Below, piece after piece: positions 8,242 to 21,930 of a stretch of 64,000 nt of DNA. How positions within the stretch are numbered: the first letter of the stretch is position 1; each line of letters begins with the position of its first letter. The translations under genes were made by a program, and so were the position numbers. The notes under the pieces were generated by a model. It did not search any database and was not told the origin of the DNA. It saw nothing but the letters and a program-made list of their open reading frames with translations. The DNA comes from Protoeuglena noctilucae (lineage: Eukaryota), in NCBI GenBank assembly GCA_958009085.1, contig OY253684.1, positions 496,001 to 560,000 on the forward strand. Reading direction: 5' to 3'.

Positions 8242-9411
8242 TCACCACACGGTCTCGGTCAGGCGCAGACCGGGAATCTTGTCGTACGCCAGGCCCAGGA
8301 CCGTGGCGACGAAGAAGCCGGCCCCGACCGCGTTCCCCAGCGTGGCGGGGATGAGGGACTTGACGATGAACTGCGACACGGTCACGTCGTGCGCCCCCGC
8401 CGCCATGCCCATAGGCACCAGGAACATGTTCGCCACCGAGTGGTCGAACCCCTGCGAGACCAGCCGGGGGAGGGACGGGCGTGAGGGCATGCGGGGCAGC
8501 AGGTGGCGGAGCGACGACCGACAGACGCCGGGTGCCGCACGCACGTGCGCATGCCCCACATGTCAGAGCTGCGCGTGCCTGCCCATCACCGACGCTGCGT
8601 GCGGCCGGCGACGGCGCGCCACTCACCATGGCCACGAAGGCGCCGACCGGGAAGAGCACCGCGAAGAACTTGCCGATGAAGGTGGCGGATGACGTCGCGA
8701 GCACGATGGCCATGCACACCAGCCAGTTACACAGGACGCCCCGGCAGAAAACCACGCCGAACGGCTGCGAGACCTTGACGTGGGCCACGGCCATGGCGCC
8801 GGGGTTGTGGTCGTGCGTCCGGGCGGCGTAGACGAGGCCGACGAGCAGGAGGGAGCCGGCGAGGTTGCTGACCCAGGCCATGAAGGAGGCGCGTACCCAG
8901 TCCTGCGGGGGCGCGGGGGCGTGTGCGGTGTGTGGGTGATGGAGCGTCGCAGTGTGGCAACTGGGCGGGGGGCAGCTGTGACAGCGGAACGCCGCCCTCT
9001 GCCTCCCACCCAGGCGGCCCGGCCCAGGCCACTCACGAAGAAGCTGATCCTGCGCGCCAGGAAGGCGGCAAAGCAGCTGCCGACCGTGCCCGTGTACAGG
9101 TCGGCGCCCGTGATGACGACCATCAGGAGCCCGAAGGGAAGGCCGATGAACCCGAACACGAACTTCTGTAGCCCAACGTTGCTGGCCTTCACGCCGGGCA
9201 TGTTGCCCCCCACCGTGTCCGCCAGCAGCGCTCCGAAGGCGATGTAGCAGCCCGCCATGAAGCCCAGGACGATGGCCGGCATCCACGAGGCACGGCCCCG
9301 CTTGACGCCCTGCTCCACGTAGCTGTCGAAAATCTCGGGAGGTGAGATGAGGTCGCCCAGAATGGGCCCGGGGCCGCTGGAAGCCTTTGCCGGGGAGATG
9401 CCGATCGCGTT
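8242..9411 (-). CDS. NAR1: Formate/nitrite transporter (FNT) family, NAR1-like; spliced, first exon not resolved
   Basis: GFMAGCYIAFG, LPFGLLMVVITGADLYTG, WVSNLAGS, RGVLCNWLVCMA, GFDHSVANMF, PATLGNAVG. Exons ~9411-9037, 8902-8627 and 8451-8242 with GT-AG introns. Confidence 0.92.
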
Positions 9412-10181
9412 CTGCGGCGGAAACCGATTTATTTACGTTTCACTCCGGATGCCAGGTCGGGGGGCTGGCTGGGGGCCCAGATCTGGGACCTGGCCCCCAG
9501 GGGTCACGTGGGTCCCTGCAGGGCGACCCACGTGGACCGTCCCTTCCTCGCGAGGGTCCCGGCCGAACGCCATTTTGGGAGCCGTATCGTATCGTAAACC
9601 ATGATGAAAATCGCGCTCGGCGCCGCGCCGGGAGCCGCGCTGCGATCGGGATCGGAGTCACGCCGGGAGAGCCACGCGCGGTATCGGGCCTACGTCGCAG
9701 GTGCGGGCGGGCGGGGGGCTTCGGTCGATCTGGGGCACAGGCGGGAGTACGCATCGACGTGCCACGCGACCCCTCATGGCTTGAGAAGTGCAAGTGTCAG
9801 TGGTGCAGGTGCCAGTGGTGCGTCAGAGGACCCGGGGCTTGATAGCATGGATCGCGCAAGAGCACTCAAATCAACCACCACTTTCCTGGTCCCTCGCGTC
9901 GCTCCTTTTCGGTGACCATGTCGACGCGCAGCCCCATGTCCGCCCGAAAGAGCGCCCAGGTGAGGCGCGTCAGGGGTCAGCAGCTATCTCGTCGAACGCG
10001 CAAAGGTCGGGGAGTTAGACAGGGGTCTCCGCCGCGGCTCTCCGCGATCGGCGGGGTCTGTGTGCCCGCATGCTGACAATGAGCGGGCCTGGCGCACACA
10101 GGAGCTTTACACCCTGTTTGATCGTGTCGTTGCGAAGACAAGCGTTTAAAACACGCTCGGGGATTGCCTGCATTGCCACGG

Positions 10182-11875
10182 ATGCAGTCCCGGGCGCCCA
10201 GGGTTCAAAGTTATGTCGCCTCCTTCGCCACCCCGCAGGGCGGCCTTAGCGCCGTTAGCGGCTACTACGACTCCTCCGCGATCACCCCACCGTGCACCCC
10301 GCCATCGGCGCGCAAGACCCCTCGCCACTCGCGATCGCCCCTCTCCCCATTCGTCAATGTCATGGCCGCCAAGGAGAACGAGAGCAACACCCCCGCCCGG
10401 GCGGGCAAGGCGCCGGACGTGGACCGCGCCGCCCGCAAATATGTCGGACGGCTCCAGCGGCAGCTCGCCTCCGCCCTCGAGGTGCGACGTGCCTGCGCAC
10501 CTGTCGCTCGACACCGGGTGGCATCCTGCCGTCATGCAATCGCGTCCCCCGTCTCGCGCGCAGGAGATGGCGCGCGGAATGGAGGCAGGGATGGAGAGCG
10601 AGCGCGCGCACCTCGCCCTCATCCAGCGGCAGGTGGACGCCCAGGCCACGCGCCTGCACCGGACCGCCGAGGCTCTCCAATCTCGCATGGAGGAGCAGGT
10701 GCGTGAGAACGGGCGGTACTCTTGGACGTGTTCAGCCCTTGTTGCCTGTTACACCGGGTCACGCTCTCGCTTGGGCGCCATGCGTCACAGTCGCCTAGGC
10801 CTGACAATCGTCTCCCGGTGTTTTAACCCGAGCCTCGTCGGCTGTCGCAGGGCCAGGCGCTTGCGGACGCGATGGAGATGCTCCGCGCGGCCACGGCCAT
10901 GCTGCAGTCCGCCATGACAGAGGCCCAGGGCAAGCGGGACCAGCAGGCTGCCAACACATGGTCCCACCGCATCCGGTGAGACGCATGTGCCGAGCTGCGG
11001 CACCCAACGAGGCCCCACGCCCTTCGCTGGCCACGTCGCACACCGTGGTGCCCCTCCCCACCCCCCGCAGTGCGGCCCTTGCGTTCGCCCACCCCGCACG
11101 CATCTTTGCCTCCTGCGCCCCGTCCCGGCGCAACCAGGGTGCCTACGAGCCCCACCACGACGACCCGGCTCCCCAGCCGACGCCCTCGCGCCTCTCCGGC
11201 CTCTTCCCGCCGCCCCTCACGGCCATGGCCCACCTGCCCTCGGCCAACGCCTCCCCCGCCGTCGAGCTCAGCGCCAGCCGCTCCTCGGGCTCCCGCGCAC
11301 CCCTCCCCACGCCCGCGGACGGCGTCGCGTCCGCCGCCGCCTCGCATGTCGCCCCGCTCTTCTCCCGCGCTGGCGCCGCGCACCTCCGCCGTGCCATGGC
11401 CGACCTCTGGGATGCCGCCTCCACGCCCCAGGCCGCCGCACCCGACTCCTCGGATGAGTCCGCGCCCCTCACGTCCCCGCCCACCTTCGCGGGGCAGGTG
11501 CCTGACGCTCCCGGCGACGAGGCGCAGGGCCCGAGCCACGCGAGGGCCGAGGGGCAGCTCATGGGGCTCTACGTGGGGCTCGAGGAGAGCCCCCTCGACC
11601 TGCACCGGAATCTCGGCGGGCCGGGCGAGGGCGATGCGGCAGAAGAGGCCGGGGAGCGTGGCGGGGAGCCAGCGACACCGACGGGCGGTGCGTCGGGGGC
11701 GGAGGAGGGCGCCGGCCAGGGCTGGGAGAAGCCCCCCGCGGGGATCGTGTCGGCGCGGCTGGCGGAGCTGACGCAGCAGGGCGCCCTGACGCCGGTGGCG
11801 CCGGCCCCCGGCGGGTACGTGTCGGACGGTGGGCGCACGCACATCATCGCCCGGCCTGCCACTCGCGCCCGGTGA
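10182..11875 (+). CDS. Hypothetical protein (N-terminal coiled coil, low-complexity C-terminus); spliced
   Basis: In-frame exon chain ...LASALE|EMARGME...MEEQ|GQALADAMEML... with GT-AG junctions; no family recognised. Confidence 0.55.
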
Positions 11876-12339
11876 GGGGGCGCGAGACCTGTGATGTGAC
11901 TGCAAGTCTCTTTGGACGTCAGAGTACGTCGCGTGACCCCCCGCCGCCTGGTGTGGATAGCTTGCTTGCAAACTCGTTCGTCTTGAAGAAGGGCGCACGC
12001 ATGCTAGCTAGGGCGAGAGGGAAACGGGGGCGGCAAAGGGCAGCGGAGCACCTGGGATGCGCTATGGAGAAAAAGGGCGCGGACCAGGAATGGGCGGGTG
12101 CTGTGGCGACAACCACACGAGACACTTGTGCACGCCAAGCACGCACCACGCCGAGGTCAAGCTCACATGGGGCAACCCCTACCAGACATGGGGAAACAGC
12201 GCAAAACGCCGCCCGCCCGTCGCCGCGGAAAGGGGCCGGCGCGCAGCCGCAGATCCTAGGAGACAGCGCACGCCGCAATGTCCGCGCGCGCGTCGTGGCG
12301 CGAGGGCCGGCCCGACCCGCGCCGGTCGCGACGCGTCGC

Positions 12340-15300
12340 TCACTTCTTCGCGCCGTTGTTGGCTGGCGACTTGAGGGCTGGCGTGGCTTGCTTGACCTTG
12401 TTGCCCTTCCCCTGAGGCTGCCCCTGGTTCTCCCCCCTGGGACCACGCGAGAGGAGAGGCTCAGCCATGTGCCCCGTGCACGGTACGCGAGAGGCGCGGC
12501 ACAGCTCAGTCAGAGAGCGCGAGCAGCTGCTGTATGAGCGCAACCACCTCACTTGATCCCCTGCAGCTGCGCCTGGCTGGCGATGAGCTCCTGCTTGAGC
12601 TGCCGCACTTGCTGCTGCAGCCGCTTGACCTCGGAGGCCTCCTTGTCCAGGCTCGTGGTGGCCTGAGTCAGGGACTGGTTCAGGCGCTCCACCTTGAACC
12701 GCTCCTCCTCCATGTCCCGCTGCAGCCGCTCGGCACGCTCCTCCGCCGCCGTGACCTGCGACGAACCGAGTAAGCCGCGGTGTGCTCCGTGCCCCGCATC
12801 GCCCCCGTTCCCGTCAATATATACATGTTACATTCCCTCGCTCTCACCTTCTCCTGGGTCTCCAGCTCGATCTCCTCGACCATCTTGACCGCCTCGGTCC
12901 GCGCCTCCAGCGCATGCTTCTTGGCCTGGCTCAGCTGCTCCCGCGCCTCCGCCAGCTCCTCCTCCAGTCGCTTCTCCGCCTCGCTCTCCACCTCCACCGC
13001 GCGCGACCGCAGAGAATCCACCTCGCGGCGCAGCGTCGCCGCGTCGCTCGCCACCGTCTCGAGCTCGGTAATCTGCAAACGCGGACGCAGTTGCACGTCG
13101 TAAACACCGCATCGTGACGCAAATGCACACACAGCATCATGGTAAACATAAGCCTGGTCGCAGTTCTGATCTCTTGCTAATCCTCTGCCCCCTCGCACCC
13201 CACCCACACCCCTCCTCCCTCGCCTTGTTCTTCAGCTCCTGGAGCTGCCGCATCGTGACGCTCTTCTCCAGCTCCATCGCGTCCACCCGCTCCGTCAGCT
13301 CCCTCTCGCGCGCCCGCAGGGCCTTGACGTCCGCGGCCGACGCCGCCCGCGCCCGCTCAATGGCCACGCGGGACGCACGCTCGTTCTCGATCGTCTGCTC
13401 CAGGGCCAGCGCCTGGTCCTGCAGACGCTGCTCCGACTGCTCGGCCAGCTTCAGGCGCTCCTGCAAGATGTGCAGCTTGCGCTCCGTCTCGGCACGGTCC
13501 ACCTCCGCACCCCGCAGGCGCGACGCCAGCTGCGTGCTCTCCGCCCGCGCCCGCTCCAGGCTCGCCGACAACTCCGAGGCCTCCTTGCGGGCCTGGTCCC
13601 GGGCAGCCTCGGCGCTGCGGGCACGGGGCAGCGTGGGAAGCGAATGAGTGACCACACGAGAGGGTGGATGAGCGATGAAATCAGCAAAGCGATGACATGA
13701 TGCGAGACTTGCGGCTTGCGCGCGCGGGTTCGCCCCATGAAGCGGCCCCAAGCGTCGGCACCCTCAGCACCTGCCCCACCCCCACCGCGACCCGCACTCA
13801 CGTGGAGATGCTCTCCTTGAGTGCGTTGCGCGTGATGCGGTTCTCCTTCTGCGAGAGCTCGATGTGCGCCTCCAGCTCGGCCACCGCCGCCTCCACCTGC
13901 ATCAGCTCCGCCTTGTGTGCGGCCTCCAGCTCCACCGTGGCCGTGTTGAAGCGCTCCTCGGCCTCGGCCAGCTCCCGCACGCGCCGCTCCTCCGCCTCGG
14001 CGAGCTTAGCCTCCTGGTCCGCAAGCAGCTGCGTCTGCATCTCCTCCAGCGCGTCCACCGACGCCGCCTGCGCCACACACGACACGCAAGGCAGGTGGCA
14101 CGCGAGATGCACAGGACAGGACGCCGTCGTCCCTTCCAAGCAGTCGAGAGTGCCACGGCCGGAAGCAGTGCCACAGCAGGAGCGCGAGTTTGTGCGTCAG
14201 CCTGCCTGCCTTGCGCTGAACAAGCGCCCCGCACGGTCCCGCCCGTGCGCCGCCCTCACCTCCTGCTCCTCCAAGCGTTTTTCCCACTCGGCGGCCATCT
14301 CCGCGTGCGTCTGCGTGTCGTTGACCGCCCGCGTCTCCAAGTCCCGGACCCGGGCCTGCGCTGCCCCCAGCTGCGCCGCGAGCGACTCGAGCTCCGCCTC
14401 CCGAGCCAGCAACCTCTCCCGCAGCTCCTCGATCTCGAACTTGAGGTCGCGCTGCACCGAAAGCAGGTCCCGCGCGTCCTGAATCGCAGCGGACCGGGCC
14501 TTCTCGAGCGTGTCGCTCTTGGTCTGCTCCTCAGACAGGCTCGTCGACAGCGACTGCGACCGCTCCTCCAGCTTCGCGACCTGGTCGCTGCGGGCGGGAG
14601 TGGAGGCGGACGAATTACTGCGAACCATGCCAGGCGCGCGGGCGGCGACGCGCACCGCGAGCGGCGCCTCACGTCAGCTCGCCGATCCGCCACAGGCACT
14701 GGTCGAGGGACGCCGCCAGGGCGAACGCGCGCTCTTCCTTCCGCGCCACGACATTCTGCAGGTTTGCACTGCGCCTCCAGATCTCGAGGCGCGCCTCCTC
14801 CGCGTCCCGGCGGCTCGCGGTCAGCGCCTTGTCCAGGTCCGTGACGCGTCGCGCGAGCCCCGCCTTCTCCGCCGACAGCAGCTGCTGCATCTCGTCCCTC
14901 TCGAGCCGAACATTCCCCAGCTGATGTTCCGCCGAATCCGCGCGCGACGACGCGCGGCGCAGCGCGTGTTCCAGTCCGTCAGCCTGCGGTCACCGTCGGC
15001 CCGCAGAGCGTCGCGAGGGCGCCAAAACGACGAGCTACGATGCCCGGCGCGACCGATGCATTGAGAAAACGACACGGAAAGCCCTGCGAGCCCCCCGAAG
15101 CGGCCCGCCACGCCGGGGTCGAGTCAGAGTGGCCGTCGTCGACGCCCGCCCATACTGGGGCGCCCCGGCGCCGCGCGGTCGATCCGGGCCGCACGCAGCT
15201 CACCTCCCTCTGCGAGAACAAGGAGAGAAATCGTAAGGCGTCGTTGCAAGCGGTCTACGGCCCAGCGCCGCGCTCGCCGCGCACAAACATGCCCCGTCGC

Positions 15301-15926
15301 CCCAACGTTATCCTCCGAGGCCGGCGGAGGCACCCCCGTGGGTATGTCGGGCGTGCGGGCTTCGCGGATGCTAATGATGCGTGGTGCGGTGGTCGCGGAG
15401 CGCCGGGACTCGCCTGCAGCTCGCTGATGCGGCCGTTCAGCCTTGTGAGCTGCGCCGCCAGGCTGGCCGACACCACGCCCAGCAGGATCGCGAACGGCGT
15501 CGCGTTGTCGGGTATGTCGGCTGGGCCAAGGAGCTTGGACTCGGCGAGCGGCAGGGCGACGTCCGGCGCGGGCTTGGTGAAGGTCTCGGCCCGCACCACC
15601 ACCGGCTCGGGCCGCGCTGGGGCAGGGGCCGCGGGCGCGTCGGCATTCAGGGCCGGTCGGTCGTCAGCCTTCGCCAGTGGGCTCCATGCCAGCGCGAGTG
15701 AGACCGCAACGAGGCTAACGGCGCCGAGCAGGTCCCGTTGAGAGATCCCCCGGGCCACGCGAAGGCTCCCATGGCCCTCATCCGCCGCGGCGGCCGGCGT
15801 CGGCACGCGGGAGGGCCCGCGGGCGAGTCGGAAAAGGCGCCATGGGCAAGGCGCTGCCGGGCCCGTCCCGCCCCGCGCGGGGAGCGGGCGAGCCCGGAGT
15901 GCCGGGCTCGGGGCACCCACGTACAT
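12340..15926 (-). CDS. Plastid/thylakoid-targeted long coiled-coil protein, MFP1-like architecture
   Basis: Transit-like N-terminus, QRDLL + hydrophobic stretch + AKA cleavage motif, second hydrophobic helix (PFAILLGVVSASLAA), long E/A/R/L heptads over about 7 exons, basic tail (GKGNKVK...NGAKK*). The junction ELQ|ADGLEH is in frame. Confidence 0.7.
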
Positions 15927-16369
15927 CGCGTTTCGACGTACTTGCGCTCCGAGAGACCAGCGCGATCGCGGGAGCTGAAATGTCCTGCGCCGATACGGCG
16001 GAATCGGCCTCGGGACCGCGCGGGGGCCGTTGTCACGGCGTGCCCCCCCGAGTCGGGCCGTGGTCAGGCCCCTGACCACGCGGAACGCCCTCCCCGCGCC
16101 CGTCGGCAGGCCGGCGCGACATCTCGCGATCAATTCGGGGGGAAGGCGGGGTCGCGTGACCGCGGAGACGACGCGGCTCGCTTTTCGGACTTCGAGGCGC
16201 GCAAGATCGAAATTGGCCGGGCGTCCTGCCGCGGGAATCGCTTGAAGTAGATAGTGCTATCTACGGCCGCGCGCTCGGGCGCCGGCGGGGCGCCGATGGG
16301 GATTGTGGTCGCCTGCGGGGAGCCTTGAGGGCCGCTCGGGACGGCACCCGGGGTCGGGGCGACGGCGGC

Positions 16370-19300
16370 CATGGCCTCCGCTGCTGGGCCCCCCTGGAGC
16401 CAGATCGTGTCCAGGCTGTTCGTGTACCAGACGCCCAGCAAGCTCTACCTCGTCGGGTGTGCCGAGGACAAGAAGACGTGGAGAATCCTGAAGGTGGACC
16501 GGCTGGAGCCGAGGACCCTGAACGTGGATGACGACGGAGGAGTGACGTACACGAAGGAGGAGGCCAATGCGGTGCTCAGCCTGGTGCGGACGGGCCTTTG
16601 CAGCGGGGCCCCTGCGCTCGCCTGCCATGCCGCGCGTCGCCTTCCCTGGCGGCTTTCGATGATCCCAATGCGTTCCTCGGCTCATGTTGGCCTGTCACGC
16701 TCCGAATTTGCAGGTGCACGACGCGCACATCCGGCACGGCGGCCTCCAGTTGGTTTGCAAGGGATATACGATTCTGGGCGCGATCAACTTCCTTCAGGGC
16801 TACTACCTTTTGGTCGTGACAAGGAAGAGGCAACGTGCTGTGCTGCAGGTGCGGCGGGGCCACGGATCGGGGATGAAGTCGTCGTGACCTACTGCACGCA
16901 CTTGGACGCTCACGGCCGGCCTCTCCCGTGGAATTTCAGCGCAGTCTCTGATCGCTACGTCGATATTGTTACTCCCGTGCTCCCGATGAAACTGCCAGGC
17001 CAAACCGTTCGGGATCTGCGCTGCCTGACGAGCCGGCGCCCGATCCCACGCAGGGACACCCGATCTACGAGATGCAGGGCACCGAATGCGTCCCCATCAC
17101 GCACCCAGGTCTCCAGGTGACGTTGTTACAGGTTGCTGCGCAACCGGCTTTGCAAAACCCGCCTGCGTCCGCATCTTCTTGCCCACCGGTCCCTGCTCCC
17201 AGAGCCAGTACCATCCGTCCTCTTTCCCCGACGAGCGCGTCTACCGGCGCATGCTGCTTGCAAGGTGTGGGCTGGCATTGACGTCGGAAGGCCAGCTGCG
17301 CGCTTGTTGGGGGTTGGCAGGGCCCACACCTCCCCACCATCAAGCAATCCCGCTCTGGTTTGTTGCCGTCCGCAGCATCGACTGGACGAAGCAGTTCTAC
17401 TTCAGTTACGGGTACATCCTTCCGTTCGCCGTGCAAAGGAACCTCAAGGCAAGGGTTGACGCTGCTGCAGCGCGATGCCCAGCCGCCGGTAGCGCTCAAT
17501 GCTGCAGCTGACTTTTGCAATGGACTCGACGAGGAGCTGGTTGCCGGAGATGACCGCAACGCCGACCGTGCCCTCCCAACGCAACGTGGCCTGCTGACTG
17601 CGCCCGGCCCCGTGCTTGCATCCTTGCAGGGTCAGGAGGCCCAGGAGGCCTTTGAGAGCCGCTTCGTGTGGAACAGCCACCTGACCAAGGCCCTGCGGCA
17701 GGTCCCGGGCACCAGCGTCTGGATCGTCCCGGTCATCCACGGCTCGGGTGCGCCCGCGCATCCCACAAGCCTCGGCCTCTTGCGTGTGTGCGTGCCCCCT
17801 CTGCAAAGCGTGCTTTGCATGGGATGCGAGGACCGATAGTTGCACACACCCGCCGCCCCCCGCAGTCGAGCAGAAGAGCATGTCGATTTACGGGAGGGAC
17901 GTCACGGTGACGCTGCTGGGCCGACGCAGCCGGCTGTTCGCGGGCACGCGTTACCTCAAGCGCGGCGTGAACGGAGACGGCAACTGTGCCAACGACGTGG
18001 AGGTCGAGCAGATCGTCGACGTGGGGCGGACCATCGCGGGGCACGCGGGGAAGGTCGCAGCTCACGTCCAGGCCAGGTGTGTTCGAAAGGTCACTCTTCA
18101 TCTGCCGCCCCGCGCGCACGCCGACCTCGGCTTGCCAACTTCGGCGCACCGCCTTTGCGACAGCTGAGCCCGCGTGCGGCCCCTCGTGCTTCCCGTGCTG
18201 AACGAAGGCGTCGATGCGCCCGCAGGGCCAGCGTGCCTCTCTACTGGACCCAGGACAGCTATCTGCCCCGTGCCAACATCTCCCTGCAAAGCTGCGACCC
18301 TCTCTTCGTCGCCACCGAACGGTGAGGAGGGCACCACGCGCATGACAATGACACCGTCTCCCACATGCACCGTGCGCATCACACAGCGCTACTAAGCACC
18401 CCTCCTTGCTTCAATCGCTCGTCATCACCATCATCATTGCTGCGCACTATCCAGCAAACTCATGTTAGGTTGTTGCGCACGCACCCACCTCGCCCTGGCG
18501 CCATGCGCAGGCACTTCGCGGACCTCCGGCGCCGCTACGGCGCACCTGTGGTGGTGCTGGACCTGGTGAAGCAGCGCGCCAACGAGCGCGTGCCCCGAGA
18601 GTCGCTCCTGGGTGACGAGTACGCCAGGGCCGTCGCGGTCGTCAACGGGGCGATGCCAGAGAGCGAGCGGGTCCGCAACGTGCGCTATGACTTCTCGCAC
18701 CAGGCCAAGGCGAGGTGTTGCATGTATGGACGCAGCCTCTTGTCAGTCTGCAAGATGACACCCCTACCGTACCCCCGCCAGGCATTGCCATCTCTCACGA
18801 GACGAACGCCACCTCGTGCGACCCGTCTGGCCTGCAGGTGATGGGTCCGTCTTCGGTGCTGAAGGACCTCCTGGATGTCGCCAGGAAGGCCACATCGGAC
18901 CTGGGCTGCTTCGTGGCGTTCCTGGTGCGAGGGTCCGAGGGGCCGGGGGTGCCGCGCAAGCTGGCGACGTACACGGTGCACCAACAGCAGAGCGGGGTCT
19001 TGAGGTGAGCGGGCTGGCGTTGCTTTGCGGCTGGATGGCCGGGTGGGGGATAGAGAGCACAAAGCATCTTGAAAGGCTGCTTCCTGCGACGACAGGCGCT
19101 TTGGGGAGGGGAGGGGTTGTGTGACGGAGCGATCGCCACCTTGTGATGTGGCGCACTGGCATGACAAGTCCAGGGTTTTGTGGCCCTCGCAGGACCAACT
19201 GCGTGGACTGCATCGACCGCAGCAACATCGCGCAGTTCGTCGTGGGTTTGGCCGTCCTGGGCCGCCAGCTGCATGCCACGGGTGTCACGGAGACGCCCCT

Positions 19301-21930
19301 CCTGGGCCTGGAGAAGGGTGAGCTTACGCGCTATGGAAAACAGGGCGGCAAGCCGCCCTTTGCCACCCTCTGCTGTCCCGCAGACGTGGCGGTGATGCTG
19401 ATGTCGCTGCCCCATGCGTGTCTTTTTGCCGTCCCGCAGACGTCGCGGTGACGCTCACGTCGCTGTACAAGGACATGGGGGACCAGCTGGCCCAGCAGTA
19501 CGGCGGCAGTGAGGCGCACGCGGGGGTGCTCGACCAGCACTCGGGGGGTTCGTCCGCGTCCGCACAGGCGAGGCGCCTTTTGATTCCGCAGTGCCCCATC
19601 CCACGGCCCCTTCTCTCCCCATGCTGCTCCGCACTACATGCCCTTCAGAACATCGCCTCCACTCTCCCACCAATCATGCCCCGCACTACATGTCTCGCCA
19701 AACAACGCCTCTACTCTCCCCATCGTGCTCCGCAGTACATGTCCCTCCTGACATGGCATCCACCCTCCTGTTCGCAGTACATGTCGCTGATGACGTCGTT
19801 GCGCCGCGCGTACAGCAACAACATGCTCGACCCTGAGAAGCAAGACGCGCTCAACCTGGTGCTGGGGCACTACCGGCCGCAGCTGGGCAAGCCCGCGATA
19901 TGGGACATCGACCAGCGGTACTTGCAAGTCGGCGCCAGTCTGGCGGTGCCAGGAAGGGCGCCCGAGGCGCTCCCGGCCGTGCAGGAGGTGGACATGCATG
20001 GCCCAGCCGCAGAGGGCGTGGGCGGGAACGGCGGGGAGTGCGGAGGGGCTGCGGGTGCCGACGCGGTTGCGGAGGGCAGCGTGCCGAGCTCCGGCCGGGC
20101 GTCCCCGGCACTGCCCAGCATGGACATCTCGCAGACATCGGCGATACTGGATACGTCTATGGTGGAGAGCGTGGAAGGCGGTGGGGTGGAGGCGGATGTG
20201 GACGCGTGGCTGAGGGTGCGGGGCGCAGATGCCGATGAGGGCTGCGGAAAGGCAGGGGCGGGTCCAGGGGGATGGGACGGTGCTGGCGGGGGGCGAGTGA
20301 CGGCGGTGGGGGCGGAGCGGCCCTGGCTGCCTGCCGAGGCGGAGGAGGAGGGGGCGGAGGAGGCGCTCCCGAGCATCCCGACACTGCGGGACGGGCTGAT
20401 CTCCCTCAGCGACGTGCAGGACGCGACAGACGTGGCGTGGGTGGCGCTGGGGGCGGTGGGCGACTCGCGCGACGGGGCTGCGGTGGCGGGGGGGGGTCCG
20501 GTGGGGCTGCCGAGGGGGCGGCGGGTCAGCCTCACCCCGCGGCTATCAGGCACATCCAGCGCCCCCCCGAGGTGACTTGACTCGCTGGCAATGGTGTGTA
20601 TCCTGGTCGTTATGCACACACGCTGCCCCAATGTCGCCCACTGCCAGTTTCCAGGCATCTGTCAAATTATTGCCAGCCATTTGTCAGAACACCGACCGTG
20701 GGCTCGCTGCTACGACTGTCGACGCTGTGGTCGATGTGCCGTCTACTGATCTCGGTCAGCCCAACTGCGGTGATTGCAGCAACCACGGCGGTCGCAGGGC
20801 CACGGCCAGCGGAGGCGGCGGCGGCTCCCGGACCCCGCCCCTCGACCTGTCGGGGCGTGCGTCGAGCGCAGACAGCCTGTGCATGCCGCCACGGCACCGG
20901 CCACCGCAGCACTCGCCCTGGAGGAAGCCGGAGCTCCCGAAACTCGGTGCGCGGCCGTGTGCATCGCGGCAGTCGGTTCGGTGGGCTGTGCGGCAGACGG
21001 TTCGCTCGCCCTTTCTGTGACCCTGAGTGGCGTGGACTCACACGGCCTCTTGCACTTGACCTGTCCTTACCCTAGTGCCTCTCGCTCGCCTCACCTGCGT
21101 TCGCCTCATCTGTACTACTCGCAGACATATCGCTCATCTCCCGGAGCTCTGCCGGTGACAGCAGCGCCCTCCCCGAGACGCCTTCCTCCAAGGGCCTGCT
21201 TCGATCGGTGGGGGCTCGACTGAGGGGCATCTGGAACAAACTGCCCTTCACGCCACGCAGCTCCAATGTGTCACGGTGAGTGCGTGGAAGGAGCTGCCCT
21301 TCACGCAGTGACTGCGACCCTTACGCGCCGGTTCCCAAGCTTGGGTGCCAGTTGCTGGTAGAACACCAACACGACGTGATGACCGTGCATGCACTTGTCA
21401 TCTTTCAAACGTTGGCAACCCTTTAATGTCGCCTCACTCACGGTTGCTACCTCCTGACAAACACGCACCTGTGCACCTGTCTCTGTCACCGCAGGCTTTC
21501 CACGAGCACCCAGGACCTCTCGAGCGAGCCCAGCGCCCCGGGGAAGCCCCTGGGCTTCGACCGCTCCGCCAGCGACAGCGCGGGGACCAAGGCCGGGTCC
21601 AGCCTGGCCGTGATTGAACGACTGCTGCGGCACGCGTCGGGGAGTCCCGTGGCACCCGCCAGCGTGTCCGGATTCAGCACGCCCTCCCGACTGGAGCTGG
21701 TGAGAGCGGCCTTGCTGTGCCCGCTGCTGAGGGCGGCCTGGCTGTGCCACCCAGCATGTGTGTCTAGCTTCCGCACGCCCCCCCTCTCACTGGAGCTAGC
21801 TGGTGAGAGCTCCCTCACAGCGCCCGCCTGTTTTCTGTTTCCTGCGCAGGCGCAAGACGACCCTGGCGTCAGCCGTGCGTTTCAGGAGCTGAGCAAGGGC
21901 CTGGCGGAGAGCATGCAGATCGGCGCGTGA
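16370..21930 (+). CDS. FIG4: SAC-domain phosphoinositide phosphatase (FIG4/plant SAC1-5 type); multi-exon, C-terminal exons uncertain
   Basis: [60 protein letters not shown], catalytic [37 protein letters not shown]. Confidence 0.93.
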
